A DNA stretch of 64,000 nt from Eledone cirrhosa (taxonomy: Eukaryota), in the NCBI GenBank assembly GCA_964016885.1, contig OZ024742.1, positions 302,064,001-302,128,000 of the forward strand, read 5' to 3'. The notes beneath the pieces were generated by a model, which was not told the DNA's origin, searched no databases, and saw nothing but the letters and a program-made list of their open reading frames with translations. A program made the translations under genes and the position numbers. Below, piece by piece: positions 1 to 13,706 of the stretch (positions within the stretch are counted from its first letter, which is position 1; every line of letters starts with the position of its first letter).

Positions 1-3000
1 CAGGCTCCCCATCAAATGTAATACACTAACCCTATACCACCTCACAGGCTCCCCATCAAATGTAATACCCTAACCCTAATCCATCTCACAGACCTCCCAT
101 CAAATGTAATACCCTAACCCTAATCCTCCTCAGAGGCTCCCCATCAAATGTAATACCCTAACCCTAATCCACCTCACAGGCTCCCCATCAAATGTAATAC
201 CCTAACCCTAATCCACCTGACAGGCTCCCCCATCAAATGTAATACCCTAACCATAATCCACCTCATAGGCTCCCCATCAAATGTAATACCCTAACCCTAA
301 TCTACCTCACAGTCTCCCCATCAAATGTAATACCCTAACCCTATTCCACCTCACAGGATTCTCACTTCAGGTATAATACCCTAATCCTAATCCACCTCAC
401 ATCTCCCCATAAAATGTAATACCCTAACCCTAATCCACCTCACAGGCTCCCCCATCAAATGTAATACCCTAACCCTAATCCACTTTACAGGCTCCCCCAT
501 CAAATGTAATACCCTAACCCTAATCCACCTCAGAGGCTCCCCATCAAATGTAATACCCTAACCCTAATCCACCTCAGAGGCTCCCCATCAAATGTAATAC
601 CCTAACCGTAATCCACCTCACAGGCTCCCCTATCATATGTAATACCCTAACCCTAATCCATCTCACAGGCTCCCCCATCAAATGTAATACCCTAACCCTA
701 ATCCACATCAGAGGCTCCCCCATCAAATGTAATACCCTAACCCTAATCCCCCTCACAGGCTCCCCCATCAAATGTAATACCCTAACCCTAATCCACGTCA
801 GAGGCTCCCCATCAAATGTAATACCCTAACGCTATTCGACCTCACAGGCTCCCCATCAAATGTAATACCCTAACGCTATTCCACCTCACTGGCTCCCCCA
901 TCAAATGTAATACCCTAACCCTAATCCACCTCATAGGCTCCCCATCAAATGTAATACCCTAACCCTAATCCACCTCAAAAGGCTCCCCATCAAATGTAAT
1001 ACCCTAACCCTAATCCACCTCACAGGGTCCCCATCAAATGTAATACCCTAACCTTAATTCACCTCATAGGCTACCCATGAAATGTAATACCCTAACCCTA
1101 ATCCACGTCACAGGCTCCCCCATCAAATGTAATACCCTAACCCTAATCCACCTTATAGGCTCCCCCATCAAATGTAATACCCTAACCATAATCCACCTCA
1201 TAGGCTCCCCATCAAATGTAATACCCTAACTCTAATCCACCTCACAGGCTCCCCCATCAAATGTAATACCCTAACCCTATTCCACCTCACAGGCTCCCCA
1301 GCAAATGTAATACCCTAACCCTAATCAACCTCACAGGCTCTCCATCAAATGTAATACCCTAACCCTAATCCACCTCAGAGGCTCCCCATCAAATGTAATA
1401 CCCTAATCCACCCCATAGGCTCCCCATCAAATGTAATAACCTAACCCTAATCCACCTCACAGGCTCCCCATCAAATGTAATACCCTAACGCTATTCCACC
1501 TCACAGGCTCCCCCATGAAATGTAATACCCTAACCCTAATCCACCTCACAGGCTCCCCATCAAATGTAATAACCTAACCCTAATCCACCTCACAGGCTCC
1601 CCATCAAATGTAATACACTAACCCTATACCACCTCACAGGCTCCCCATCAAATGTAATACCCTAACCCTAATCCATCTCACAGACCTCCCATCAAATGTA
1701 ATACCCTAACCCTAATCCTCCTCAGAGGCTCCCCATCAAATGTAATACCCTAACCCTAATCCACCTCACAGGCTCCCCATCAAATGTAATACCCTAACCC
1801 TAATCCACCTGACAGGCTCCCCCATCAAATGTAATACCCTAACCATAATCCACCTCATAGGCTCCCCATCAAATGTAATACCCTAACCCTAATCTACCTC
1901 ACAGTCTCCCCATCAAATGTAATACCCTAACCCTATTCCACCTCACAGGATTCTCACTTCAGGTATAATACCCTAATCCTAATCCACCTCACATCTCCCC
2001 ATCAAATGTAATACCCTAACCCTATTCCACCTCACAGGCTCCCCCATCAAATGTAATACCCTAACCCTAATCCACTTCACAGGCTCCCCCATCAAATGTA
2101 ATACCCTAACCCTAATCCACCTCAGAGGCTCCCCATCAAATGTAATACCCTAACCCTAATCCACCTCAGAGGCTCCCCATCAAATGTAATACCCTAACCG
2201 TAATCCACCTCACAGGCTCCCCCATCATATGTAATACCCTAACCCTAATCCATCTCACAGGCTCCCCCATCAAATGTAATACCCTAACCCTAATCCACAT
2301 CAGAGGCTCCCCCATCAAATGTAATACCCTAACCCTAATCCCCTTCACAGGCTCCCCCATCAAATGTAATACCCTAACCCTAATCCACGTCAGAGGCTCC
2401 CCATCAAATGTAATACCCTAACGCTATTCCACCTCACAGGCTCCCCATCAAATGTAATACCCTAACGCTATTCCACCTCACTGGCTCCCCCATCAAATGT
2501 AATACCCTAACCCTAATCCACCTCATAGGCTCCCCATCAAATGTAATACCCTAACCCTAATCCACCTCACAGGCTCCCCATCAAATGTAATACCCTAACC
2601 CTAATCCACCTCACAGGGTCCCCATCAAATGTAATACCCTAACCTTAATTCACCTCATAGGCTACCCATGAAATGTAATACCCTAACCCTAATCCACGTC
2701 ACAGGCTCCCCCATCAAATGTAATACCCTAACCCTAATCCACCTGAGAGGCTCCCCCATCAAATGTAATACCCTAACCATAATCCACCTCATAGGCTCCC
2801 CATCAAATGTAATACCCTAACTCTAATCCACCTCACAGGCTCCCCCATCAAATGTAATACCCTAACCCTAATCCACCTCACAGGCTCCCCCATCAAATGT
2901 AATACCCTAACCCTAATCCACCTCACCGCCCCCCCATCAAATGTAATACCCTAACCCTATTCCACCTCACTGGCTCCCCTATCAAATGTAATACCCTAAC

Positions 3001-6000
3001 CCTAATTCACCTCACAGCCTCCCCATCAAATGTAATACCCTAACCCTAATCCACCTCACAGGCTCCCCCATCAAATGTAAAACCCTAAACCTAATCCATC
3101 TCACAGGCTCCCCATCAAATGTAATACCCTAACCCTAATCCACCTCACAGGCTCCCCATCAAATGTAATACCCTAACCCTAATCCACCTCACAGGCTCCC
3201 CCATCAAATGTAATACCCTAACCCTATTCCACCTCACACGCTCCCCATAAAATGTAATACCCTAACCCTAATCCACCTCACAGGATCCCCATCAAATGTA
3301 ATACCCTGACCCTAATACAGCTCAAAGGCTTCCCATCAAATGTAATACCCTAACCCTTTTCTACCTCACAGGCTCCCTCTCAAATGTAATACCCTAACCC
3401 TATTCCACTTCACAGGCTCCCCATCAAATGTAATACCCTAACCCTAATCCACCTCACAGGCTCCCCCATCAAATGTAATACCCTAACCCTAATCCACCTC
3501 AGAGGCTCCCCCATCAAATGTAATACACTAACCCTAATTCACCTCAGAGGCTCCCCATCAAATGTAATACCCTAACCCTAATCCACCTCACAGGCTCCCC
3601 CATCAAATGTAATACCCTAACCCTAATCCAACTCACAGGCACCCCCATCAAATGTAATACCCTAACCCTAATTCACCTTACAGGATCCCCATCAAATGTA
3701 ATACCCTAACCCTAATCCACCTCAGAGGCTCCCCCATCAAATGTAATACACTAACCCTAATTCACCTCACAGGCTCCCCATCAAATCTAATACCCTAACC
3801 CTATTCCACCTCACAGGCTCCCCATCAAATGTAATACTCTAACTCTAATCCACCTCACAGGCGCCCCACCAAATGTAATACCCTAACCCTAATCCACGTC
3901 ACAGGCTCCCATCAAATGTAATACCCTAACCGTAATCCACCTAACAGGCTCCCCCATAAAATGTAATACACTAACGCTATTCCACCTCACAGGCTCCCCA
4001 TCAAATGTAATACCCTAACCCTAATCCACCTCACAGGCTCCCCCATCAAATGTAATACCCTAACCCTAATTCACCTCAGAGGCTCCCCATCAAATGTAAT
4101 ACCCTAACCCTAATCCATCTCACAGGCTCCCCATCGAATGTAATACCCTAACCATATTCCACTTCACAGGCTCCCCATCAATTGTAATACCCTAACCCTA
4201 ATCCACCTCACAGGCTCCCCCATCAAATGTAATACCCTAACCCTAATTCACCTCACAGGCTCCCCATCAAATCTAATACCCTAACCCTATTCCACCTCAC
4301 AGGCTCCCCAGCAAATGTAATACCCTAACCCTAATCAACCTCACAGGCTCCCCATCAAATGTAATACCCTAACCCTAATCCACCTCAGAGGCTCCCCATC
4401 AAATGTAATACCCTAATCCACCCCATAGGCTCCCCATCAAATGTAATAACCTAACCCTAATCCACCTCACAGGCTCCCCATCAAATGTAATACCCTAACG
4501 CTATTCCACCTCACAGGCTCCCCCATCAAATGTAATACCCTGACCCTAATACACCTCACAGGCTCCCCCATCAAATGTAATACCCTAACCCTAATCAACC
4601 TCACAGGCTCCCCATCAAATGTAATACCCTAACCCTAATCCACCTCACAGGTTCCCCATCAAATGTAATACCCTAACTCTAATCCACCTCACAGGCTCCC
4701 CATCAAATGTAATACCCTAACCCTAATCCACCTCATAGGTTCCCCATCAAATGTAATACCCTAAGCCTAATCCACCTCACAGGTTCCCCATCAAATGTAA
4801 TACCCTAACCCTAATCCACCTCACAGGTTCCCCATCAAATGTAATACCCTAACTCTAATCCACCTCACAGGCTCCCCATCAAATGTAATACCCTAACCCT
4901 AATCCACCTCACAGGCTCCCCATCAAATGTAATACCCTAACCCTAATCCACCTCACAGGCTCCCCCATCAAATGTAATACCCTAACCCTATTCCACCTCA
5001 CAGGCTCCTCCATCAAATGTAATACCCTAACCCTAATCCACCTCAGAGGCTCCCCCATCAAATGTAATACCCTAACCCTAATCCATCTCACAGGCTCCCC
5101 CAACAAATGTAATACCCTAACCATAATTCACCTCACAGGCTCCCCATCAAATGTAATACCCTAACCCTAATCCACCTCAGAGGCTCCCCCATCAAATGTA
5201 ATACCCTAACCCTAATCCATATCACAGGCTCCCCCAACAAATGTAATACCCTAACCCTAATTCACCTCACAGGCTCCCCATCAAATGTAATACCCTAACC
5301 CTAATCCACCTCAGAGGCTCCCCCATCAAATGTAATACCCTAACCCTAATCCACCTCAGAGGCTCCCCCATCAAATGTAATACCCTAACCCGAATTCACC
5401 TCACAGGCTCCCCATCAAATGTAATACCCTAACCCTAATCCACCTCAGAGGCTCCCCCATCAAATGTAATACCCTAACCCTAATTCACCTCACAGGCTCC
5501 CCATCAAATGTAATACCCTAACCCTAATCCACCTCAGAGGCTCCCCCATCAAATGTAATACCCTAACCCTAATTCACCTCACAGGCTCCCCATCAAATGT
5601 AATACCCTAACCCTAATCCACCTCAGAGGCTCCCCCATCAAATGTAATACCCTAACCCTAATTCACCTCACAGGCTCCCCATCAAATGTAATACCCTAAC
5701 CCTAATCCACCTCAGAGGCTCCCCCATCAAATGTAATACCCTAACCCTAATTCACCTCACAGGCTCCCCCATCAAATGTAATACCCTAACCCTAATCCAC
5801 CTCAGAGGCTCCCCCATCAAATGTAATACCCTAACCCTAATTCACCTCACAGGCTCCCCATCAAATGTAATACCCTAACCCTAATCCACCTCAGAGGCTC
5901 CCCCATCAAATGTAATACCCTAACCCTAATTCACCTCACAGGCTCCCCCATCAAATGTAATACCCTAACCCTATTCCACCTCACAGGCTCCCCATCAAAT

Positions 6001-8436
6001 GTAATACCCTAACCCTAATCCACCTCACAGGCTCCCCATCAAATGTAATACCCTAACCCTAATCCACCTCAGAGGGTCCCCATCAAATGTAATACCCTAA
6101 CCCTAATTCACCTCACAGGCTCCCCCATCAAATGTAATACCCTAACCCTATTCCACCTCACAGGCTCCCCATCAAATGTAATACCCTAACCCTAATCCAC
6201 CTCACAGGCTCCCCATCAAATGTAATACCCTAACCCTATTCCACCTCACAGGCTCCCCATCAAATGTAATACCCTAACCCTAATTCACCTCACAGGCTCC
6301 CCAATCAAATGTAATACCCTAACCCTAATCCACCTCAGAGGCTCCCCCATCAAATGTAATACCCTAACCCTAATTCCCCTCACAGGCTCCCCATCAAATG
6401 GAATACCCTAACGCTATTCCACCTCACAGGCTCCCCATCAAATGTAATACCCTAACCCTAATCCATCTCACAGGCTCCCCATCAAATCTAATACCCTAAC
6501 CCTAATCCTCCTCAGAGGCTCCTCATCAAATGTAATACCCTAACCCTAATTCACCTCCCAGGCTACCCATCAAATGTAATACCCTAACCCTAATCCACCT
6601 CGAGGCTCCCCCATCAATTGTAATACCCTAACGCTATTCCACCTCACAGGCTCCCCATCAAATGTAATACCCTAACCCTAATCCACGTCACAGGCTCCCC
6701 CATCAAATGTAATACCCTAACCCTAATCCACGTCACAGGCTCCCCCATTAAATGTAATGCCCTAACCCTAATCCACCTCACAGGCTCCCCCATCAAATGT
6801 AATACCCTAACCCTAATCCACGTCACAGGCTCCCCCATTAAATGTAATACCCTAACCCTAATCCACCTCACAGGCTCCTCCATCAAATGTAATACCCTAA
6901 CCCTAATCCACCTCACAGGCTCCCCCATCAAATGTAATACCCTAACCCTAATCCACGTCACAGGCTCCCCCATCAAATGTAACACCCTAACCCTAATCCT
7001 CCTCAGAGGCTCCTCATCAAATGTAATACCCTAACCCTAATCCACCTCACAGGGTCCCCATCAAATGTAATACCTTAACCTTAATTCACCTCATAGGCGC
7101 CCCATCAAATGTAATACCCTAACCCTAATCCACGTCACAGGCTCCCCCATTAAATGTAATACCCTAACCCTAATCCTCCTCACAGGCTCCCCCATCAAAT
7201 GTAATACCCTAACCCTAATCCACCTCACAGGCTCCCCATCAATAGTAATACCCTAACCCTAATCCACCTCACAGGCTCCCCATCAAATGTAATACCCTAA
7301 CCCTAATCCACCTCACAGGCTCCCCCATCAAATGTAACACCCTAACCCTAATCCACCTCACAGGCTCCCCCATCAAATGTAATACCCTAACCCTAATCCA
7401 CACCACAGGCTCCCCATCAAATGTAACACCCTAACCCTAATCCACCTCACAGGCTCCCCATCAAATGTAATACCCTAACCCTAATCCACCTCACAGGCTC
7501 CCCCATCAAATGTAATACCCTAACCCTAATCCACCTCACAGGCTCCCCATCAAATGTAATACCCTAACCCTAATCCACCTCACAGGCTCCCTCATCAAAT
7601 GTAATACCCTAACCCTAATCCACCTCACAGGCTCCCCATCAAATGTAATACCCTAACCCTAATCCACCTCACAGGCTCCCCATCAAATGTAATACCCTAA
7701 CCCTAATCCACTTCAGAGGCTCCCCCATCAAATGTAATAACCTAAACCTAATCCACCTCACAGGCTCCCCCATCAAATGTAATACCCTAACCCTAATCCA
7801 CCTCACAGGCTCCCCCATCAAATGTAATAACCTAAACCTAATCCACCTCACAGGCTCCCCCATCAAATGTAATACCCTAACCCTAATCCACCCCACAGGC
7901 TCCCCATCAAATGTAATACCCTAACCCTAATCCACCTCACAGGCTCCCCCATTAAATGTAATAACCTAACCCTAATCCACCTCACAGGCTCCCCCATCAA
8001 ATGTAATACCCTAACCCTAATCCACCTCACAGGCTCCCCCATCAAATGTAATAACCTAAACCTAATCCACCTCACAGGCTCCCCCATCAAATGTAATACC
8101 CTAACCCTAATCCACCCCACAGGCTCCCCATCAAATGTAATACCCTAACCCTAATCCACCTCACAGGCTCCCCCATTAAATGTAATACCCTAACCCTAAT
8201 CCACCCCACAGACTCCCCATGAAATGTAATACCCTAACCCTAATCCACCTCACAGGCTCCCCATCAAATGTAATACCCTAACCCTAATCCACCTCACAGG
8301 CTCCCCCATCAAATGTAATAACCTCACCCTAATCCACTTCACAGGCTCCCCATCAAATGTAATACTCTAACCCGAATGCACATCAGAGGCTCCCCATCAA
8401 ATGTAATAACCTAACCCTAATCCACCTCACAGGCTT
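1..8436. repeat. 41-42 bp tandem satellite containing telomeric CCCTAA hexamers (subtelomeric/telomere-associated), roughly 200 units; runs off the left window edge
   Basis: Unit consensus CCACCTCACAGGCTCCCC(C)ATCAAATGTAATACCCTAACCCTAAT repeats continuously. Each unit has two CCCTAA hexamers (TTAGGG on - strand). The array ends abruptly at ~8436. Confidence 0.97.
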
Positions 8437-8474
8437 CCGTAATTTCATATTTTCCTTAATATAATTATATATAT

Positions 8475-8822
8475 GGAGGCACATGGCTTAGTGGTTAGAG
8501 CATTGGCCTTGCAATCGAAAGGTTGTGAGTTCAATTCTCAGACCGGGTGATGTGTTGTTCCCTTGAACAAGACACTTTATTTCACATTGCTCCAGTTTAC
8601 TCAGCTGTAGAAATGAGAAGGTAGGGACTGGGGTCCCTATCATTTCACTGCAAAGTGGTCGTGGAGGTGTCACGGCAAAAAAGCACCCAGCACTCACTGT
8701 AAATGAGGTTGGTGTTAGGAAGGGCATCCAGCTGTAGAAATCAAACCAGAATCAGTTCCCGTCCCACCCTTGCAAGCAGGGAAAGGCGGACGTAAAATGA
8801 TGATGATGATGATGATGATGAT
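8475..8822 (+). mobile_element. tRNA-derived SINE with RTE-type 3' end and (ATG)n tail
   Basis: A-box-like TGGCTTAGTGG and B-box-like GAGTTCAATTC. Its 3' GGAAGGGCATCCAGC...GGACGTAAAA(TGA)n is shared with RTE 3' ends in this window. Near-identical inverted copy at 11375-11721. Confidence 0.85.
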
Positions 8823-9397
8823 ATATATGATGGCTGCCCCCTTGTTATCGAGTATGGCCATTTGCATGATATAACATTATTAATAATTATTAATTAATGC
8901 TATCATGCAATGCCTGTGCGTGAAGATTTTTTTAAAGTGGGGAAAGGCTGTGCACTGAGCCAATCCCACTCTTTAATATGTATATACATGTATGCATGTG
9001 TATATACGTACATATATATATGTATAAAAATAATAAAATAAGGAGCTGAGGTTACATATATCGTTTAATCATAATAATTATTTCTACGGTTCTCCAGGCA
9101 ATCGAGATGTCCTTCATGCATTTGCTGTTGGTTATGAGAACGGTTTGCTCAGATGAAGATCGATATATTTGGTATGTCGCTGGCAGGAAAACACACATCC
9201 TAATGCCTGTGTGCCCAGCATACATATGAGTTCCTTGAAGGGTTTGCCAGCCGTCGCGTTTGTTAGAAAAAGCTATCAACGAAAAAAGACGAAAAGAACG
9301 AAGAACCGTGTGCAGCCAAAACCCAGTAGACAGTTGAATCAACACAAGGAGCTCTGAGAGGGGTGGGGCATACATTTAGTTGATGACCACCTATAGA

Positions 9398-9890
9398 CAA
9401 CAACAACAACGACAACTACAACCACAACAATGACAATAACATCAAACCGCCGACCAAAGTTATCCACACTGGTCGCAATAGTTGTGCTGATACCATCACC
9501 CTATTGACAACAACAACTAAAACAACAGCAACAGTAAAAACACTTACAACGACAACAACAGCAAAAACACAGACCAGCGTCGTGTATACAGGTCGTAGTC
9601 GTCGCAGTGACGGTACCACCAAGTTGACCGTAAACAGCGATAACACCAAAGCAATAAAAGGAGTTTAGAGGTTTGTGGGTACATAGAGTTGGTGATATCA
9701 ATCACCATAACCATAAACAGTAACAACAATGACAACGATAACAAACACCAACACCGCCCAACACCCACCCCATTCGTCGCAGTGGTGGTGGTATCAACTA
9801 TGTCAGTATTAAGCCATTGGTAACACCAATAACAACAACAAGACCAGCGATGACCCCCTACCACGGCGACGGCGGCAACAGGAAAAAAGC
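9398..9890. repeat. Degenerate (CAA)n-rich low-complexity tract
   Basis: Scattered ACA/CAA triplet runs; overlapping ORFs are poly-Val/Thr/Cys low-complexity translations. Confidence 0.7.
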
Positions 9891-9907
9891 CACGCTTCCA
9901 TATATAT

Positions 9908-10802
9908 CAGGGGTTCCCAACCTTTTTGTCGTTATCGCCCACTTTTCCACACACAAAAATTCCAATCGCCCACCTGTGCAGTAATTTTAAGGCGGTAAAA
10001 ATAAAGCATTATTCAGAACGGTTGCTTAAAAAAATGAATGCATTGCAGAACTTCTTCAATGACAGGTCGAAGCAATGTTTCTCCTATAGTGTGGGACTTC
10101 CCGGTCTTTGCGACCAGACAGTTGATTCCCATCGTGTTCAGTGTTTTCCGCTTTTCGAAAGAGGCCTTAAGTTGCAAAAAATATGACAACGGTTTGTCTT
10201 TTTTGTCAGGATGCTTGGAATCAAAATGATATTTCAAGCATGAAGGTTTCATGGCTTCATTGCTCAAAGTTTGCTGGCATAGAAGACACAGTTCTGAGGA
10301 GAAGCAATAAATCCATATGATAAATAATCAATGCTGTACTGGCGACAAGTTTTCTTTACCGGAGGCATCAGAGAAGTTAAAATTTGAAAAAAGAATTCAT
10401 AGAGGCGGAATCAGCAAAGGCAGAAATTCACGATGCGCGACAACAGCAGTGTTAACACGTTTTGCCGTTGGTCTTGCGTCATCACCTGTTTTAGCTTACC
10501 GATGTGTGCGCGTCCAATGCGAGCTGTCCATGTGAGTTGTTTGGCAGCCGTAAACGGCTAGACATGAATCAGTTGAAAACAGATGAATTACAGTCATACA
10601 GCTGGATACTACTAACTTAATCTAGACTAGGCAAGAGCGAATCCGGCCATTATATGATCAATAACATACTTAATTACCGAAAATCCTTTGTCGCCCACCA
10701 AAATTTTAGATCACCCACCATTTCCTAAAAATTCGTTCATCGCCCACCCGATAGTTGAAATCGCCCACCGGTGGGCGATATTGCCCAGGTTGGGAAACCC
10801 TG
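9908..10802 (-). mobile_element. Internally deleted hAT (Buster/Charlie, ZBED5-like) DNA transposon
   Basis: 16-bp TIRs CAGGGGTTCCCAACCT / AGGTTGGGAAACCCTG, with 8-bp ATATATAT on both sides (candidate TSD). Repeated subterminal TCGCCCAC motifs. ORF 10013-10267 SNEAMKPSCLKYHFDSKH...AKTGKSHTIGETLLRP matches the Buster transposase N-terminus. Confidence 0.9.
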
Positions 10803-10893
10803 ATATATATATATATATATGTATATATGTATATATGTATATATGTATATGCATGTGTATGTATATGCATGGGGACATAGAAATATATATATA

Positions 10894-12269
10894 CTAGCAT
10901 TAAAGCCCGGCGTTGTTCGGGGTCAGTAAGTTACCAAAGTTAGGTTGCACCACCCATTTTATGGCAGCAACTTTTTTGTCTGCCAGGCACTGGGTGAATG
11001 AATTGCAGACCTGGATTGCCGAAGCAGGAGCTGCACCAGCAGTGACAATTGTAATTTCGCCTATGGATATTATCTCCGTGCAAAGAAATGTTGAAATTTA
11101 TTGTTTCACAGTACTTCCGCAACACACGCGTAGATGATGCCAGCCGAACAACAGAGCTGCGTTGGAGTTGTTCTGCATGGTTGTCTAATGTGTGTTTTCT
11201 AAATTTAAGACAGTAGGGAGGGGTGTGATATGGGGAGAGTTAGCTGCTGTTTCTAGCAGGTTTAGTGACCTCATAGAGGATATGTTTTCTAAATTTAAGA
11301 CAGCAGGGAGTGGTGTGATATGGGGGAGAGTTAGCTGCTGTTTCTAGCAGGTTTAGTGACCTCATAGAGGATATTCATCATCATCATCATCATCATCATT
11401 TTACGTCCGCTTTTCCCTGCTTGCAAGGGTGGGACGGGAACTGATTCTGGCGTGATTTCTACAGCTGGATGCCCTTCCTAACACCAACCTCATTTACAGT
11501 TAGTGCTGGGTGCCTTTTTTTCTGTGGCACCTCCACGACCACTTTGCAGTGGAATGATAGGGACCCTAGTCCTATCATCTCATTTCTACAGCTGAGTAAA
11601 CTGGAGCAATGTGAAATAAAGTGTCTTGCTCAAGGAAACAACACATCGCCCGGTCTGAGAATTGAACTCACAACCTTTCGATTGCAAGCCCAATGCTCTA
11701 ACCACTAAGCCATGTGCCTCCATTGTGTAAAGTAAATGAACTGATACTTCTTTCTTCCACGTTCGTTGATAGATGTTTTAAAAAAGATTGATCGCTATTT
11801 TTTTTGTTGTTGAATAAATGTATCTGTTGCTTTTGAATAATTGTTGTTTCGTATGAAATGTAATAAGTTCTCTTTGTCATTGAAGTAAATAAATGTTTGA
11901 CCGTTCCACACTCAAAAACAAACGATCCCTCTCTCTCTCTCCCACTCACTCTCTCTCTCTTAAAGTTTGTAATTTTAATCGTATATAAGAGAAAGTTGCA
12001 GCATATATGTAGTTTTATCGAATTTTAAGGGGAGTAGAGAGAGTAAGTCAGATTGTATTAGAGGGGTAAAGCGTCATGTATTTAGTTTTATCAATTATTT
12101 CCGTAATTGTTGGTGACTTTGAATGAAATAAATAGTCGTTGACCTAAGTTAGACCATTTACAACATTCTTACAGACTTTGAGTCGAATCGGTTTGAAATT
12201 GTGCAAATGCATAAACATGGCACATGCGCGCACACACACACAACGACAATCTGCTTTTATAGATAATGA
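10894..12269 (-). mobile_element. Probable non-autonomous Helitron, with a SINE nested inside
   Basis: On the - strand it starts TC(ATTATCTATAAAAG) and ends with a GC-rich hairpin CCCCGAACAACGCCGGG followed by CTAG, inserted between A and T. Internal (CA)n and (CT)n tracts. Confidence 0.6.
11375..11721 (-). mobile_element. tRNA-derived SINE, inverted copy of 8475-8822
   Basis: Reverse complement of the 8475 element (GGAGGCACATGGCTTAGTGG head, (ATG)n tail). Confidence 0.85.
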
Positions 12270-12479
12270 TATATATATATATATATTTATCTGACCCGAA
12301 TTTTCTTGGTCGTATTTTTGGCTGTGCGAATGATTGTTGAAGCATCGTCTCGGTGTGTTGGTACTAAACGTTAGTTATGGCTCTGGTTTATCCGAACCAT
12401 TGAGCACTTTGCCGCACATTTCGAAGATTGTGTTTCGTTATTTTGTGGGCCGAAGTTCCGATTCTCGATAATTTATTTG

Positions 12480-12516
<37 letters not shown>

Positions 12517-12560
12517 ACACACACACATATATATATATATATGTGTTATACAGATATGAG

Positions 12561-13706
12561 ATCATCATCATCATCATCTTCGTTTAACGTTCATTTTCCA
12601 CGCTAGCATGGGTTAGACGGAAGTTGTCCCTCTTGAGGCAAGGTTGGTCGGGTGACCGTGTCTCGCTCATATAGGACTATCTGGCAGCTTTTCTATGGCT
12701 GGATGCCCTTCCTAACACTAACCACATTTACAGTGTGGTACCAACTTTATAGAGAGAGGGTGGTATTGGTGGGAGTCGGAGTCGTAGGGGTAGTGGGTTG
12801 GGGTGTATATTTGGTTAAGAGGTGCCTACTGACTGTAGGTTTCGCTTTGTACATAGGCAAGGCGGGTCTTCTGTATTACTGTGTAGCGCCAAAGATCTCG
12901 GTCCAGTGACATTGTCTTAGAGAGGTGCAAGTGTGTAAGGTCGGAATTTATCAGATCGTCCCAGGTTTTTCTGGGTCTACCTATTCCGTAACTACCATCA
13001 ATTTTGATCGCCCTGCACTTTTTTTATACAGCTGTCGTCTTTCATGCGCATCACGTGGCCATACCAACGTAGTCTTCTCTAGAGTAAACAGCATCTGATC
13101 CCTCTTATTCCTAATTTCTCACTTAGTTCATTTATGCTTTGCCGTTCACATATATTACTATTACACATCCAACGGAGCATGCATGCTTCGTTCCTTTCCA
13201 GTCTACGCAGGTCCTCTACACGTAATGCCCATGTCTCACTGCCATGTAGCATTGCTGTTCGTATACAAGCATCATACAATCTGCCTTTCATTTTTAGAGA
13301 GAAACCTTTTGTGGCCAACAGCGGTATAAGCTCTCTGAACTTTTTCCATCCTGTTCTGACTCTGGCTACTGTACTTTCAGAACACCCTCCACCACTGCTG
13401 ATTTCATCACCCAGGTAACGGAAAGTGTCTACTATTTCTATAGAACCATCTTGGCAATAGAAGGGGCTAGTATCCTGTGGACACTTGCTATTTATTGCAC
13501 CTGAGCATCGGCCACATATAAAGTCTACGTTCTTAGATAGTTTACCTGTGATCCCACTACATCTTTTATGTACCCATACTTTGCATTTGGGACATAAAAT
13601 TGAATTTCTGCCTACGCCTTTCCTACATACTGAGCAAGGCCATTTCCCTGAGGGTACCTGTGCCTTATTTTCCTTTCTACAAACTAGGACTTTAGTCTTA
13701 GACAAG
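12561..13706 (-). mobile_element. 5'-truncated RTE-clade LINE (RT C-terminal region with Cys-rich insert, 3' UTR, (ATG)n tail)
   Basis: ORF 13079-13705: KTKV...WPCSVCRKGVGRNSILC..C..WVHKRC...FRYLG...MLHGSETW...RRLERNEACMLRWMC, continuing after a stop as RRLRWYGHVMR...GRPRKTW. Confidence 0.92.

Noticed and set aside
574-8120. Repetitive ORFs (MGEPVRWIRVRVLHL)n in the satellite
   Set aside because: They arise when runs of 42-bp units stay in frame and break at each 41-bp unit; no evidence of coding.
1-8436. CRISPR-like regular repeat
   Set aside because: No unique spacers; a pure tandem satellite in eukaryotic DNA.
8475-8550. Functional tRNA gene
   Set aside because: Only a tRNA-like head without a clean acceptor stem, continuing into SINE body and tail.
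9052-9375. 107-aa minus-strand ORF near the satellite boundary
   Set aside because: No recognisable domain or splice context.
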